Of a stretch of DNA of 64,000 nucleotides, positions 37,946 through 48,694 are shown in pieces; position 1 is the stretch's first letter, and each line of letters starts with the position of its first letter. A program made the position numbers and the translations under genes. The stretch lies in sequence record NC_041911.1. One strand, given 5' to 3'. Below the pieces are notes generated by a model that saw nothing but the letters and a program-made list of their open reading frames with translations, made no database searches and was not told the DNA's origin.

Positions 37946-40066
37946 TTACGCAGCTTTCGCTTCCTTGGACAGGAGGAAGCAGTCTTTGTTCAGCATGCCT
38001 TGGTGCAGGCGATAGCGAACGTTGTCCTTGGTGATGAGGAATTGCTCCGAGTTGGGTTGATTGCCGATGGCTTTCTCGAACGTGCTGCGAGCGATCTGAT
38101 GCAGAGCACCCAGCGAGTCAGCCTGGATCACGGCAGCGCCTTTGGTCGGTACGCCGATGGCTAGTTCATTGTCCGTGTAGTTCACCCACACGGCGCAGAT
38201 GTTGCGCTGCAAGAACAGCACGCGAGCGAGCACTGCATCGCTCAGTTCTTCGTTGCCCTCTGAGATCAGCACGGCTTGTGCATGATGCACGGCAGTCGGG
38301 TCGGTAGCCGGCACGACATGCACGTTGTTTTGCAGGATTGCAGTTTGCGTTGCACGCAGCTTTTCGGCAAACAGGGCGCCGTAGTGCTGTTCGACCGCAG
38401 CCACGATTGCCGGACCGTCTTCGGAGAAGTCCGAGATACGGATGCCGACACCCATTTCGCAGTCAGTTGCACGGTTGACGGCCTGGGTGAGCAGGTCATT
38501 CACCAGCTTGCGTGCCAGCGGATCGCGGATCTTGCCGATGTAGCTGGCTGCTTCCGCGAAGTCCTTGCTGCTGGAGATTGCCTTGATCACGATAGCATCT
38601 TCGGCAGCATCGTCAGCCGATGCGTAGACCACTGCCGAATTCACTTGCGAGCGACGAGCGTAGGCATCCGGCACCGATTCGCTCATCTCGGCCGTGAGGC
38701 GAGTCGTGCGGATCGAGCTGTCCACGTCTTCTTCAGCGCAGAACTTGTCTGCGATGATGACGTTGACGGTCACTTTGTCTGCCGGCGCATACAGCACCTT
38801 GGCCTTTTCACTTACCGGGCGTTGCGGTACAGCCGGGTCCGGTTGGCCCTTGGTCGGGTCGATCGCGTGTGCTTCATAATTCATGGCAATTTCCTTTTGC
38901 TCCTGGGTCAGTTCTTGCAGAACAGCAATGATCAGACTGTCCTGCTTGGTTTCAAAATAACGCACGGTGTGGGTACGTTTGCACCATGCCGGATGGAAGC
39001 GCTGCAGGCGACTCGGCTTCCATGCTTCCGCACCGTCTTTGCGCTCACGGATAACATCCACCACTTCATCGCCCATCTGGACGCTGAACAACGGCTTCTG
39101 CTCGACCGGAGCCGGCGCTTCAGTAACGGTGGTTTCCAGCGGCTTGCTGAAATCCGTTACGTCGCTGTCGAACTTCGCTGCGGCGCTACGTGCAGCTTCG
39201 TCCACCGGCGGCTGGCTAGCCGTCGGGTTCGGACGGCGCATACGTGCTTGGTAACTCGACATCGCATGAGTCGGTTCACCCTCCGTATTCACCAGACCGC
39301 TTTCTTTCAATGCATCTTGCATTGCTCCTTCCACCTTGCCGAAAATCTTCTCGGCTCGGCGACCGTAACGACCATGGCGCTGGCCAGCGTCGTTGTTGTA
39401 ACGACTCTGAGTCACGCCGTATTCGCTACCAGTGCTTTCCACAAACGCACCAGCACCCTGACCGCGCAGCGCGCGAGCATCGCGCAGAGCTTCCTGCGTC
39501 GAGCCACTCACCGTACCGAAACCACCGCCGCCACTGCCAGTACCCATCTGGCTGAACGGCACGTACGCGACTTGGTTCTGAGCCAGCGCGATCAGGTAGT
39601 TCCAGATCTCAGCGTTCTCACGAACAGCCGCTTGTTCTTGCGGCGGCAGCGAAGCCATGAACTGCGGATCTTCAGCGGCCATGGCCGAACCGCAGCACTT
39701 CACAGCACGAGCGATCGTGGTGTTGGCTGCAATGTCCAGGTTGCGCCATTCACCGGCTTGGACACCATAACCCATACGCATGATGATGGTGTAGACCAGG
39801 TCTTCGAAGCTCTTGTTGTTGAACGCGTTGTCCGAGATCACCTCGAACATGCCGACGCGCAGCGGGTGACCGCGCAGCGCTTGCTGCTGGATCTCGTTGA
39901 TGGTCATCAGTGCGATCTGCGGCGTAGCCTGGTCGTACGGTTGCCCGATCTGGAAGTTCCAGTTCTGGAACTGGACGCCGATCTGGTTGACGTCGTAGAT
40001 TTCAACTTGGGGAGCCTGTTGCTGTTGACCGCGGGTGAACATCCCGGTTTGGTGCGAATGTTGCAT
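37946..40066 (-). CDS. Large hypothetical protein downstream of the nvRNAP subunit
   Basis: 706-aa ORF with core-gene codon bias. Confidence 0.75.
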   Translation of the reverse strand: MQHSHQTGMFTRGQQQQAPQVEIYDVNQIGVQFQNWNFQIGQPYDQATPQIALMTINEIQQQALRGHPLRVGMFEVISDNAFNNKSFEDLVYTIIMRMGYGVQAGEWRNLDIAANTTIARAVKCCGSAMAAEDPQFMASLPPQEQAAVRENAEIWNYLIALAQNQVAYVPFSQMGTGSGGGGFGTVSGSTQEALRDARALRGQGAGAFVESTGSEYGVTQSRYNNDAGQRHGRYGRRAEKIFGKVEGAMQDALKESGLVNTEGEPTHAMSSYQARMRRPNPTASQPPVDEAARSAAAKFDSDVTDFSKPLETTVTEAPAPVEQKPLFSVQMGDEVVDVIRERKDGAEAWKPSRLQRFHPAWCKRTHTVRYFETKQDSLIIAVLQELTQEQKEIAMNYEAHAIDPTKGQPDPAVPQRPVSEKAKVLYAPADKVTVNVIIADKFCAEEDVDSSIRTTRLTAEMSESVPDAYARRSQVNSAVVYASADDAAEDAIVIKAISSSKDFAEAASYIGKIRDPLARKLVNDLLTQAVNRATDCEMGVGIRISDFSEDGPAIVAAVEQHYGALFAEKLRATQTAILQNNVHVVPATDPTAVHHAQAVLISEGNEELSDAVLARVLFLQRNICAVWVNYTDNELAIGVPTKGAAVIQADSLGALHQIARSTFEKAIGNQPNSEQFLITKDNVRYRLHQGMLNKDCFLLSKEAKAA

Positions 40067-40144
40067 GATGTTTTCCTTTAAAGTGTTTATTCAGTAACTG
40101 TGGTGAATGTTTCGGCACAAGGCGCGGGTTTCCCCGCGCCTGCT

Positions 40145-41821
40145 TTACTGTTGCAGCACGGCGCGTGTGGTCAACTCGAACTGAGCGATCATATCCAGCA
40201 GATTCTCGAACTTCGGATTCCGCATGATACCAGTGCGCGTGTCATCGAGCAGCATGTAGTGGTTGATCTTGCTGCGGCCGTCCGGATCGGACTTCGGCAT
40301 GCAGCTGATCGCCGCCACTTCTGCAATCGATGGGTGAAGACGACGCGACGGATCATTAGCAGTACCACGATCACCTGCCTTCTTGACCATTTTGGATGTT
40401 GCGGTCTGAGGAGTCAGGGTCGAGGTGGCTTTGAACGCCATGTTATCGCCGGAGTAGCTGATCGATGCCACTTCGCCATGCGACTTGCCAAGCTGGTAAC
40501 ACATACCCGGCTTCAGGTTTTCCTTCATGTGCTTTTCGATGTCACGTTCGGTCAACTCCTTGCGGGAATTGGCCTTCAGTGCAAAGAACAGATTGAAGAT
40601 CGCCTTCGTAACGTCAAACAACACGAAGTACAGCACGCTCAACTCTTTGTTGTACATGCTGTTGACCTTGTCCTGATTGTTCGACACCCAGAGGGAGAAC
40701 TTATCCGCGATGATCGCGAAGAAGTCGTAGATGTCGTTGATCTGGAGCCCAATCTCTGCCATGTTGTCGATCACCATCGAGTCAGCGTAGTCATCCAGAG
40801 ACGACAAGTGCTTGCGCACTGCTTCTTCGATTTTGCCTCGGTTATTGTTTTCCGAGAACAACATGTAGCCCATGGGGGCAATCCAACCGTCTGGCGAATT
40901 CACCAGGTTCGGCGTGATTTGCCGCGGGAAGTAGTCGGCCACGTAGAACAGTGCAGCGATGTACGGCAGAACAGCCGGACTATCGTCGCTCTTCTTAATA
41001 GCCACCTGAATCTCTGGCGCGCGCCAGTCGATGTACTTCTTACGCCGCGTCATCCCCTTCGGCGGAATGCCTTGGGTGGTGTAGATGTCCCATTCATTCG
41101 GGTCCAGCTCTTGGTCGAGGTGGTTGCCTACCATAGGCGTGATGCCCAGGTATTTCTCCAGCGTACCAGCAAAGCCGTACTTGCAGAACAGGTAATGCGG
41201 CATCGACGTGAAGGCGTTGTTCGTCGCTTGCTTGTCTTTGTCCTTCCGTTGGTGATAGATCCGGCTATGCACCAGATCCGTACGAGTCACCTGGCCATTC
41301 TTCTTAAACCAAGCACCCAAACGAGAGAACGTCAGGCGGTCGCGCAACAGACGTACGAAGATTTGCTCAGTACCCACCGAGATCACGCGATCAGCCAGCA
41401 CTGGCGAGATAAACCACTTCGTGCCGCTGATATAAATCGAACCACCTTGCCCAACGAAGGGCAGATAGATCGGGCGCTTCTGAAGCGGCTTTCCTTGGAA
41501 GGAGAAGCTCAGCTCCATGAGGAAGAAGTCGGTACGCGAGGTGTCGTACGTTTTGCTGCCGGTGTTTTTCTGTCCCGGCGGTGTTTTCACCTTTCGCTTT
41601 TTGTTTCGAGGCTTGAGCGAGGCCCGGTATTCCTCGAACGGATCGCAGATACGATAGGTATCGTAGGTCAATCCATCAGGGAAACCGTGGGCGGCAGAAC
41701 GAAGCACTTCGTCGACGTAAGCGCAGACGTGCTTCATGTGCACCCGTGCCAAACCACCCGCCAAGTCCATGTTGATCTTGGGAGATCGATCTTCAATGAA
41801 CTTAACAAGATCAGGATGCAT
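40145..41821 (-). CDS. rpoB: Non-virion RNA polymerase beta N-terminal subunit (phiKZ gp123-like)
   Basis: IYLPF..GSIYISGTKWFISPVL and RLHPSIAEV..MPKSDPDGRSKIN, matching RpoB conserved regions; next to the capsid locus. Confidence 0.8.
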   Translation of the reverse strand: MHPDLVKFIEDRSPKINMDLAGGLARVHMKHVCAYVDEVLRSAAHGFPDGLTYDTYRICDPFEEYRASLKPRNKKRKVKTPPGQKNTGSKTYDTSRTDFFLMELSFSFQGKPLQKRPIYLPFVGQGGSIYISGTKWFISPVLADRVISVGTEQIFVRLLRDRLTFSRLGAWFKKNGQVTRTDLVHSRIYHQRKDKDKQATNNAFTSMPHYLFCKYGFAGTLEKYLGITPMVGNHLDQELDPNEWDIYTTQGIPPKGMTRRKKYIDWRAPEIQVAIKKSDDSPAVLPYIAALFYVADYFPRQITPNLVNSPDGWIAPMGYMLFSENNNRGKIEEAVRKHLSSLDDYADSMVIDNMAEIGLQINDIYDFFAIIADKFSLWVSNNQDKVNSMYNKELSVLYFVLFDVTKAIFNLFFALKANSRKELTERDIEKHMKENLKPGMCYQLGKSHGEVASISYSGDNMAFKATSTLTPQTATSKMVKKAGDRGTANDPSRRLHPSIAEVAAISCMPKSDPDGRSKINHYMLLDDTRTGIMRNPKFENLLDMIAQFELTTRAVLQQ

Positions 41822-41873
41822 AGTGACGCTCCAATGAGAGATGGGTTAGTAATCGATGCGTGTTGAGTGTTGG

Positions 41874-43028
41874 TTATTTCTTCTTGAACAGGGCGATGGT
41901 TGCCGCCACTGCTGATAACACTACAGGCACACACTTAATGAGTTCCATTGTATTTTTTCTACTGACACTGAGCAGCTCCCCAACTTGCTTCTGCATGTAC
42001 AGATCGTGTTCCTGAATCAACTTAGCGCGCTCGCGCTGTAGTTTCTCCAAGTCCTGACCATGCCGCACCTCGCGCAATTGAGCGTCACGCTCCATGTTAT
42101 CGCGCTCTTGCCTAGCTTTGAGTAAGCCGTTCTCTGCAGCCGTAGCCTTGGATTCCAATTCCTGAATGCGGACATTGGCCTCCTCGATCTGAACGCTGCG
42201 ACGATTCAGCAAAGCCTCTTGCTGACTCCCATACAACTTGTACGGAAGTTTTTTGTCGCTCTCATGCAGATCGAAACGATCAGTCATCAGCTTTTGCGGA
42301 CCTGTGCCGTTGAGTAAGTTTTTGCTGTACGTGATGTAGATGCCATCCGTTACACGTTCGTCCTTACAAGCCACAATGCAGAATGGCTCATCCTCAACTA
42401 AGATCCAGCGCGACCCATACGCATCATTGTTATCCACGATGCGGATGTTGATCGTAAAGTCTCCCTTACGTAAGAACTCATTGTCTTCGCTGATATGCTG
42501 GAAAGAGTTGTACGTGTAACCTGCTTTTGAATATGGATGATGAATCCGCTCCATATCCTGTTGGCTCAATCCGTACATAACCACGATATCGTGCTCCTCA
42601 AGGTACACAACACCGTCGTTCTCCATCAGTTGCATTAGACTTAACCCACTCATTACCTCTACCGAGTACCGCTCGACTGTGGGTGGCTCGCCCGACCAGT
42701 TACTCAGTATCGCTCGATGTTGCGCGTGTCGCATCGAGTTCGGAGTGCTTCTGGCTTGGCGGATGTATTCCGATTTGGTTTCTGGTGTGCATTGTACTTG
42801 CTCGCAGATGAATAAGAAGTCCGGATCAAATACTCGCGATTCATTGCGTGGATTGATCGGAGTGAGAAAGCCTGATCGATCCCGAATGTAAACCACATCC
42901 GGGAACCGATTGACGAAGAATTTGGTCCGTTCGCAGTCCACTTTTCTTCGCCGCTCATTCAGCTGATCATAAGTCAGCTGTTTGACGTGGTCGAGGTAAA
43001 GTCTCTTCATTTGTTCGCCGGGGTTCAT
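41874..43028 (-). CDS. Conserved hypothetical protein (phiKZ gp122-like) with C-terminal coiled coil and hydrophobic end
   Basis: 384 aa, between MCP and the nvRNAP subunit. Confidence 0.7.
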   Translation of the reverse strand: MNPGEQMKRLYLDHVKQLTYDQLNERRRKVDCERTKFFVNRFPDVVYIRDRSGFLTPINPRNESRVFDPDFLFICEQVQCTPETKSEYIRQARSTPNSMRHAQHRAILSNWSGEPPTVERYSVEVMSGLSLMQLMENDGVVYLEEHDIVVMYGLSQQDMERIHHPYSKAGYTYNSFQHISEDNEFLRKGDFTINIRIVDNNDAYGSRWILVEDEPFCIVACKDERVTDGIYITYSKNLLNGTGPQKLMTDRFDLHESDKKLPYKLYGSQQEALLNRRSVQIEEANVRIQELESKATAAENGLLKARQERDNMERDAQLREVRHGQDLEKLQRERAKLIQEHDLYMQKQVGELLSVSRKNTMELIKCVPVVLSAVAATIALFKKK

Positions 43029-43131
43029 GATCTATGGTTTCCTATCTGTAGCACGTCATCTTCAGATACGAGAAGACCATAGACCTTCTCGTTGGTCTAT
43101 TTGGCAGCCTTTGATAGCTGTCACTCACATT

Positions 43132-43142
43132 GGTAATATGTG
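43132..43142 (-). promoter_or_regulatory. Early-promoter-like motif CACATATTACC
   Basis: Recurs at 50388 and 61572; resembles the phiKZ early consensus TATATTAC; upstream of the nvRNAP operon. Confidence 0.6.
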
Positions 43143-43199
43143 TCCATTATAGATTTCATTCTAACGAGAAATTTCACGACGGCATAAATAGCAAAATAA

Positions 43200-43229
43200 A
43201 AAGAGAGGAGGCCGAAGCCTCCTCTCTTT
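43200..43229 (-). terminator. Terminator downstream of the major capsid gene
   Basis: AAAGAGAGGAGGC/GCCTCCTCTCTTT stem with U-tract on the minus strand. Confidence 0.8.
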
Positions 43230-43310
43230 GTGCTGTGCCTCTCGGCCGGAACCCCTTAACCATTAGGCTCCGAACTCATTGAAGCCATCAGGGCTAGTGT
43301 TCCCGATCCT

Positions 43311-45470
43311 TCACGGAGTCGTGGTGGTGTTCAGCGAACCAGTAACCACAACCGGCACGCGGCTGTCGACGGTCGACGGAATACCAGTCACGGTGATCTC
43401 CAGCAGGATCGGCAGGTTGGTGATGTGGCGGAACGCCGGCTGAACGGTCAGTTCCTTGCTGTTCGCACCGTTACGGTGGATCGGCAGTACCACGGTCACT
43501 TCCGGCTTCCATGCCATGTTACCGAAGTGCAGCGGGTGCGGAATGCCGTCGGCAGCGCCCTTCACACCGAAGGTGATGAAGATCTTGCCGTGCATGCGCT
43601 CGTTCTGCGTGTCCACGATCATGACGTCTTCGAAGCCGCCACCGATGGTACGCAGATCGCCAGCAACCTGCAGGTAACGAGCCAGGGTCTGGTCGGTGCC
43701 GATGATCACGACCGGCTTGGCGCTTTCGCCACCAGCCAGCATGTCAGCCGCAGCCTTGTAGCCCGAGAGCTGGTAGGCACGGAAGACCATGTCACGGATC
43801 ACGTTGATCAGGGTAGCCTGGATGTTGGCAGCCAGTTCAGCGCTGTTGCGGGTCTGCACGGTCGAGTCGACCTTGATTTCCTGCTCTTCGTAGAAGGCAG
43901 TGATCAGGTGGCGAGCGATACCCAGCACCATCAGGTTGTCGCCCAGCGGACGACGGCCTTCTTGCACCAGAGCCTTCAGGGTGTCGGCAGCATCGAACAG
44001 CTCGTCCACGGCCTTGCCCGATGCCATCGCACGGGTCAGGGTCACCAGGGAAGCCAGATCGCTGGCATCGGTCGTGTCGTTCAGGCCTTGCGGGCGCTTC
44101 ACGGTGAACGGCGACAGCAGCGGCACGGCGTAAGCCTGCACGTCCTGACGAGTTTCCAGCATCTGGCCGATCGAGCGACGGTTCAGGTTGGTACGACGAG
44201 CGTCCAGGCGATAGCCGATCACTTGCGCGTCGTTGAACAGAGCCACGATGGCGGCGTAAGCCGGCGAGGACGGCAGAGCAACGTCGCCGTTCTGGTCGAT
44301 GATCTTGTCGATGCGCACAGCGGAAGCGTTCAGCTCGGTGTCACCCTTGTCGCGAACGACGGAGCCGGTAACGGTGGTCTTGATGTACACGACCAGGTTG
44401 CCGTCAACCACGGGCTTCAGGGTATCCAGAGCAGCGCCAGCCACGTTCAGAGTGGTCGGACCCACGCTCAGAGCAGCGGTTTCCAGACGCACGTCCATGC
44501 GCTGCTGGTCACCCTGAACCGGGTAGTGGAACTGAGCACCCGGCAGGTGGGTCGTCGGGAATTCCAGCACGTCGTTGCCGACCTTGATCACGACGGACTT
44601 CAACAGGATGTCCGTGTCGATCGAATCGGTTTCGTCCATGTGACCCTGGTCCAGCTGCAGATCGGTCTGCGACAGGTCGATCAGGTCGAACACCTTGCCG
44701 ATGGCCAGCGGTGCGGTCTGCACTTGTTCGCCGTTCACGTCGGTCGTGATCGGAGCGACCAGAGCGGTGTCAACGAAGAACTGCTTGTAGCCGTCGCGGT
44801 ACACCGGAGCGATCTTGGTCGAGGTGCTGTTGATCAGGCCCGGATTACGGATCACGTTGACGATGTTGTGGCGGTTCCAGTTGTCCAGTTCGCCGGTGGC
44901 CTTACGGCGCACGCCGTTGATCAGGTTCACCAGGTTCAGGTGGATGTGGTAGCCTTGCTGGTCGGGAGCCACGACCACGGTCGGGTAGAAGGCTTCGCCG
45001 AACGCGTCTTGGCGAGCAGCTTGCAGGTTGTACGCCACGGTGTACACGGCAGCGGCGCGGTTTTCCTTCTCGTCGTACGATTCCAGCGCCGGAGCGATAC
45101 GATCGATACCACCGGTAGCGGCCATCGCACCCGGGACGTTGGACATGTTGCTGTTGCGCAGGAACGCACCGATATCGCCGGTGATGGCGCCAGCCATCAC
45201 AGCAGCTTCGCGTTGAGCCGAGGTCAGGTCGGCTTCGAGGCCGGCGACGACGTTGGTCAGGCTGTCGATGGACATTTGCAGATCGGAAGCGGCGACGGCA
45301 TCGTCAGCGAACGATTCCAGGCCCAGAGCCAGGCCAGCGCCCTTGGCGGAAACCAGGGAGTCACGGCCGGACAGACGCATGTTGGAGGCAACGGCCTCGA
45401 TGGTAGCTTCCAGTTGGGTCGATGCACCGCTGCCATTCTTGGCAGCAAACAGCTTTTTGAGTTGAGACAT
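43311..45470 (-). CDS. Major capsid protein (phiKZ gp120-like)
   Basis: 719 aa; ALESYDEK..YNLQAARQDAFGEAFYPTVVV; propeptide with GLE/ALE sites; extreme codon bias. Confidence 0.9.
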   Translation of the reverse strand: MSQLKKLFAAKNGSGASTQLEATIEAVASNMRLSGRDSLVSAKGAGLALGLESFADDAVAASDLQMSIDSLTNVVAGLEADLTSAQREAAVMAGAITGDIGAFLRNSNMSNVPGAMAATGGIDRIAPALESYDEKENRAAAVYTVAYNLQAARQDAFGEAFYPTVVVAPDQQGYHIHLNLVNLINGVRRKATGELDNWNRHNIVNVIRNPGLINSTSTKIAPVYRDGYKQFFVDTALVAPITTDVNGEQVQTAPLAIGKVFDLIDLSQTDLQLDQGHMDETDSIDTDILLKSVVIKVGNDVLEFPTTHLPGAQFHYPVQGDQQRMDVRLETAALSVGPTTLNVAGAALDTLKPVVDGNLVVYIKTTVTGSVVRDKGDTELNASAVRIDKIIDQNGDVALPSSPAYAAIVALFNDAQVIGYRLDARRTNLNRRSIGQMLETRQDVQAYAVPLLSPFTVKRPQGLNDTTDASDLASLVTLTRAMASGKAVDELFDAADTLKALVQEGRRPLGDNLMVLGIARHLITAFYEEQEIKVDSTVQTRNSAELAANIQATLINVIRDMVFRAYQLSGYKAAADMLAGGESAKPVVIIGTDQTLARYLQVAGDLRTIGGGFEDVMIVDTQNERMHGKIFITFGVKGAADGIPHPLHFGNMAWKPEVTVVLPIHRNGANSKELTVQPAFRHITNLPILLEITVTGIPSTVDSRVPVVVTGSLNTTTTP

Positions 45471-45519
45471 TTCTCGGTTTTCCTAGGAAAAAAGGGTGAT
45501 GTAATTACAGGATCGATCG

Positions 45520-46083
45520 TTAATGCATTAACGACTCAATGTAGGCCTGGCCCACGGGACGAGACACCAACTCGTGGTAATCTTCATACACATAGAGCTG
45601 TTTAGCCATACACCGAAGCAAGTTGATCGAATTCTTCACGTGCTCTGCCAGAGTAAACCCCTGCTTCAGCACGACAGCGATCGCGAGATCACCCATCAGA
45701 GATACTTCAAAAGTCTCTGCAGGCGGCACGTAACCGGCCGATACCGAAACAGCTGAAGACGGTTCAACCACCAAACGACGCAAGGTCTCTTCTTGCGTGA
45801 GTTCAGAAGCAGCGAGGGCAGCGATGTCCGTAATGGCTTGTTGAACACGCGCATCGCTTGCCGAAGCAAGCCAACGAGCGGTCCACGAGATCGTATCAGA
45901 TCCTACGCCATTGCCGGCAAAAAGTTGGGCTTGGTAGCCCAGTGCTGCAAGACTCGTGAGGTCTTCAGTGGAAAAGAACGGGCGAATCCTTTCAAATGAT
46001 AGGAGATCTTCCGTCTTGAGGCTGTTGCGCTTCAAAACAGGGATGATCCACCACGGAATGAAAGCGAATTGTTTCTCTTGCAT
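45520..46083 (-). CDS. Conserved hypothetical or virion protein (phiKZ gp119 position)
   Basis: 187 aa, between DnaB and MCP. Confidence 0.6.
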   Translation of the reverse strand: MQEKQFAFIPWWIIPVLKRNSLKTEDLLSFERIRPFFSTEDLTSLAALGYQAQLFAGNGVGSDTISWTARWLASASDARVQQAITDIAALAASELTQEETLRRLVVEPSSAVSVSAGYVPPAETFEVSLMGDLAIAVVLKQGFTLAEHVKNSINLLRCMAKQLYVYEDYHELVSRPVGQAYIESLMH

Positions 46084-46307
46084 ATTAATGGTGTCTTTTT
46101 TACCGGATTAAATCCGCAAAATAAAAGGGAGTCGTCACAGCGAACGTACCGCGACGACTCGACGGTAGTGTTTTAGGCTGCTCAAATAATTACCGCACTT
46201 ACGTACGCTAGTTAGAAAAAACTCCTCTTGCCTTTTTGTATGTAGGCAGAGCTAAGAGTCTGCCAGCCGTTTACCATCATTCACCATAAGAACAGTCGTC
46301 AGCCATC

Positions 46308-47843
46308 ATGAAAGATATTCTGCTCCTCATTCGTGCGATCACCTTGTTGTTCCGCGAAAGTCAGCTGGACATCGGTGCGACCAGCTCGCCCGAGATTGTT
46401 AAAGAAGTAGCGGAGACCGTCAAGCCGCCTGAGATGGCTGTCGGGTCTAGCGATAATGATCGTGACATGGTCATGGGACTCCGTTCCATTGCCGTTGGCA
46501 TGGCCACCAACCCGGAAGGCACAAAATACGTTGCAGACGACCTCCTGCAACGCGTACGTCTGCTGACTCGCCATGACGAGTCGCTGTACGACTCGCTGAA
46601 GGAAGGCATCGTCGGCGAGATGTCGGAAGAGTCGCTGAAACTCATCACTGGCAATATCCGTCAAGAACTCAATGTGTATCTGCGCGAGGTACAGGCTCTC
46701 AACATCATTAAAGAGAACTCGCGCAAAGCTTCGTTCGATCGCGACAGCATTGGTAACCTGCCAGAATTCATCGCAAACTTCCGTGCAGCGCTGGAACAGT
46801 ACGAAACGAACGTCAAAGAGAAAGATCCTGCCATCGTTGGTGAAGTCAAGGTCAGTGACGGTGACCGTGTTGAAGCCGTGTTCCAGCAAGCCAAAGAGCT
46901 GAACAACGAAGACGGCATTATGAAAACCGGTTGGCAAGCGCTCAACCGTATGTTGCAAGGTGGTTTCCGGCGTGGCGAAGAGTGTGTGATCGGTGCACTC
47001 CAGCACAACTTCAAGACAGGCTTCACGCTGTCTCTCTTCAAACAGATCGCTCTGTACAACGTACCGTACATGATCGATAAGAAGAAGAAGCCATTGCTGT
47101 TGCGCATTACCTTCGAAGATCCGCTGAGCCTGAACTTCCCGTTCCTCTTCCGCAACATTAAAGAGAACGAGACTGGTGAACACGCCAATGTGGTAAATAC
47201 ACCAGTGGAAGAGATGGCAGCTTTCGTACAAGAGAAGCTGACCGTCAACGGCTACGAGATCATGATGGTGCACGTGAACCCGTCGATGTGGGGTTACCGT
47301 GATATCCAGAACTATGTTCTGTCCCTAGAAGCCGAAGGTTACGAGATTCACATGCTGATGCTGGACTACCTGAACATGGTAGACAAGCGTGGTCTCGATA
47401 ATACTGGTCCGACTGGTTCGAACATCCGTGATCTCTTCCGTCGTATGCGGAACTTCTGTGCGCCGCGCAAGATCACTCTGATCACGCCGCACCAGCTGTC
47501 GACCGAAGCGAAGATGTTGATTCGCCAAGGCAACGAAGAGTCGTTCGTGAAGGACATTGCGAACAAGGGCTACTACGACAGTTGCCGCACACTGGATCAA
47601 GAGGTAGATCTTGAGATCTATATTCACATTGTGAAAGCGGACGGCAAATCGTGGCTCACGATACAACGCGGAAAACACAGGCTAATTCAACAGACTAAAG
47701 AGGAATACAAGTTCTGTGTCTTGCCTTTCGAGGACATCGGGGATATCAGAGACGACGTGAATGGTAAGGACACGTCGAGGAAGAAACCCGCTGGCCCAAT
47801 GGATGGTGAAAAGCCTGGCTTCTGGGACTTTGATCCGCTGTAA
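46308..47843 (+). CDS. dnaB: DnaB-like replicative helicase (phiKZ gp118-like)
   Basis: KTGWQALNRMLQGGFRRGE..IGALQHNFKTG, LMLDYL, ITPHQL, QEVD. Confidence 0.88.
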   Translation: MKDILLLIRAITLLFRESQLDIGATSSPEIVKEVAETVKPPEMAVGSSDNDRDMVMGLRSIAVGMATNPEGTKYVADDLLQRVRLLTRHDESLYDSLKEGIVGEMSEESLKLITGNIRQELNVYLREVQALNIIKENSRKASFDRDSIGNLPEFIANFRAALEQYETNVKEKDPAIVGEVKVSDGDRVEAVFQQAKELNNEDGIMKTGWQALNRMLQGGFRRGEECVIGALQHNFKTGFTLSLFKQIALYNVPYMIDKKKKPLLLRITFEDPLSLNFPFLFRNIKENETGEHANVVNTPVEEMAAFVQEKLTVNGYEIMMVHVNPSMWGYRDIQNYVLSLEAEGYEIHMLMLDYLNMVDKRGLDNTGPTGSNIRDLFRRMRNFCAPRKITLITPHQLSTEAKMLIRQGNEESFVKDIANKGYYDSCRTLDQEVDLEIYIHIVKADGKSWLTIQRGKHRLIQQTKEEYKFCVLPFEDIGDIRDDVNGKDTSRKKPAGPMDGEKPGFWDFDPL

Positions 47844-47870
47844 GAGGCAAAAAAAAATAGTGGCATAAAG

Positions 47871-47894
47871 AGCGAGGGCCGTAAGGCCCTCGCT
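47871..47894. terminator. Bidirectional terminator
   Basis: AGCGAGGGCC-GTAA-GGCCCTCGCT flanked by GGCATAAAG and TATGC. Confidence 0.8.
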
Positions 47895-47902
47895 TATGCT
47901 GC

Positions 47903-48694
47903 TTATTTAGCAGCGATATCTTTGAAAGACTCGCCTCGAAAGACTCTCAGATAAGTTCTACCTTTATCTAAGCCGAGCAAGCCGCACCACCACTCCAACG
48001 GATGAGTCTGCTCGTCTTCCTTCAATCCAGACGTAGAGAAAGTTATTTCTCTTTCAGCCATAGCTTTAGAAACAACCTTCTCGAAAGACCAACCGAGCTT
48101 ATGAATACGTTGCCAGATAGTGCTATGCGATAAGCCAAGCGCCCGACACCAATCGGGTAGTGTCATTTTCCAGCCATGAAATTCGTAGTAGATGCTGCTA
48201 CGTCTATTATTGGCTTGTTCGGTGCGAGTTGCCCACTTGCAATTGGATTTACGGTACGGGCCATTATTGTCTTCTCGCTCGATGGAATACTCGGACGAAG
48301 GGCGCGGACCCATATCGTGCAAGAAAGTTTCGAAGCTTTCCTTCCATTCATCCGACATCGTGATTCCGCGAGCCCCGTAGTCTTTATAAGACGGCGACTT
48401 TGGATCGTAGCAGCGAAGCTTGATAGTGTTCCATACCTTGTATTCTGGATACGCACAGTAGCCGTGTTTGGTGTTGGTATCTTTCGTTACTTCAATTGCG
48501 AGACAACCACAGCTATTTGTGTAACCAGCGTTCAAATGAGAAGTTTGCGGTTTGATGGTATTTCCGCATCCTCCTAGTTCTGGATCACACAGGCATTCCC
48601 AGAGGATCTTTCCATGCTCATTCCTTTCAGGAAGTTTACGGAGGACTCTGAGCCTCCCAAAGGTTTTGTTGCTGAGATCGATGGCTGCTGGCAT
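47903..48694 (-). mobile_element. Free-standing HNH homing endonuclease
   Basis: FGRL.V..WECLCD..CGN..SCGC; RCY.P....Y..YGARGI..W..FETF..DMG.RP...SIEREDNNGPY..NCKWAT..EQANNRR. Confidence 0.85.

Noticed and set aside
4111-47843. Non-canonical NFK(S/T) Walker A motifs in UvsX and DnaB as signs of inactivation
   Set aside because: The same variant occurs in both otherwise intact ORFs and is consistent with phiKZ-family versions of these ATPases.
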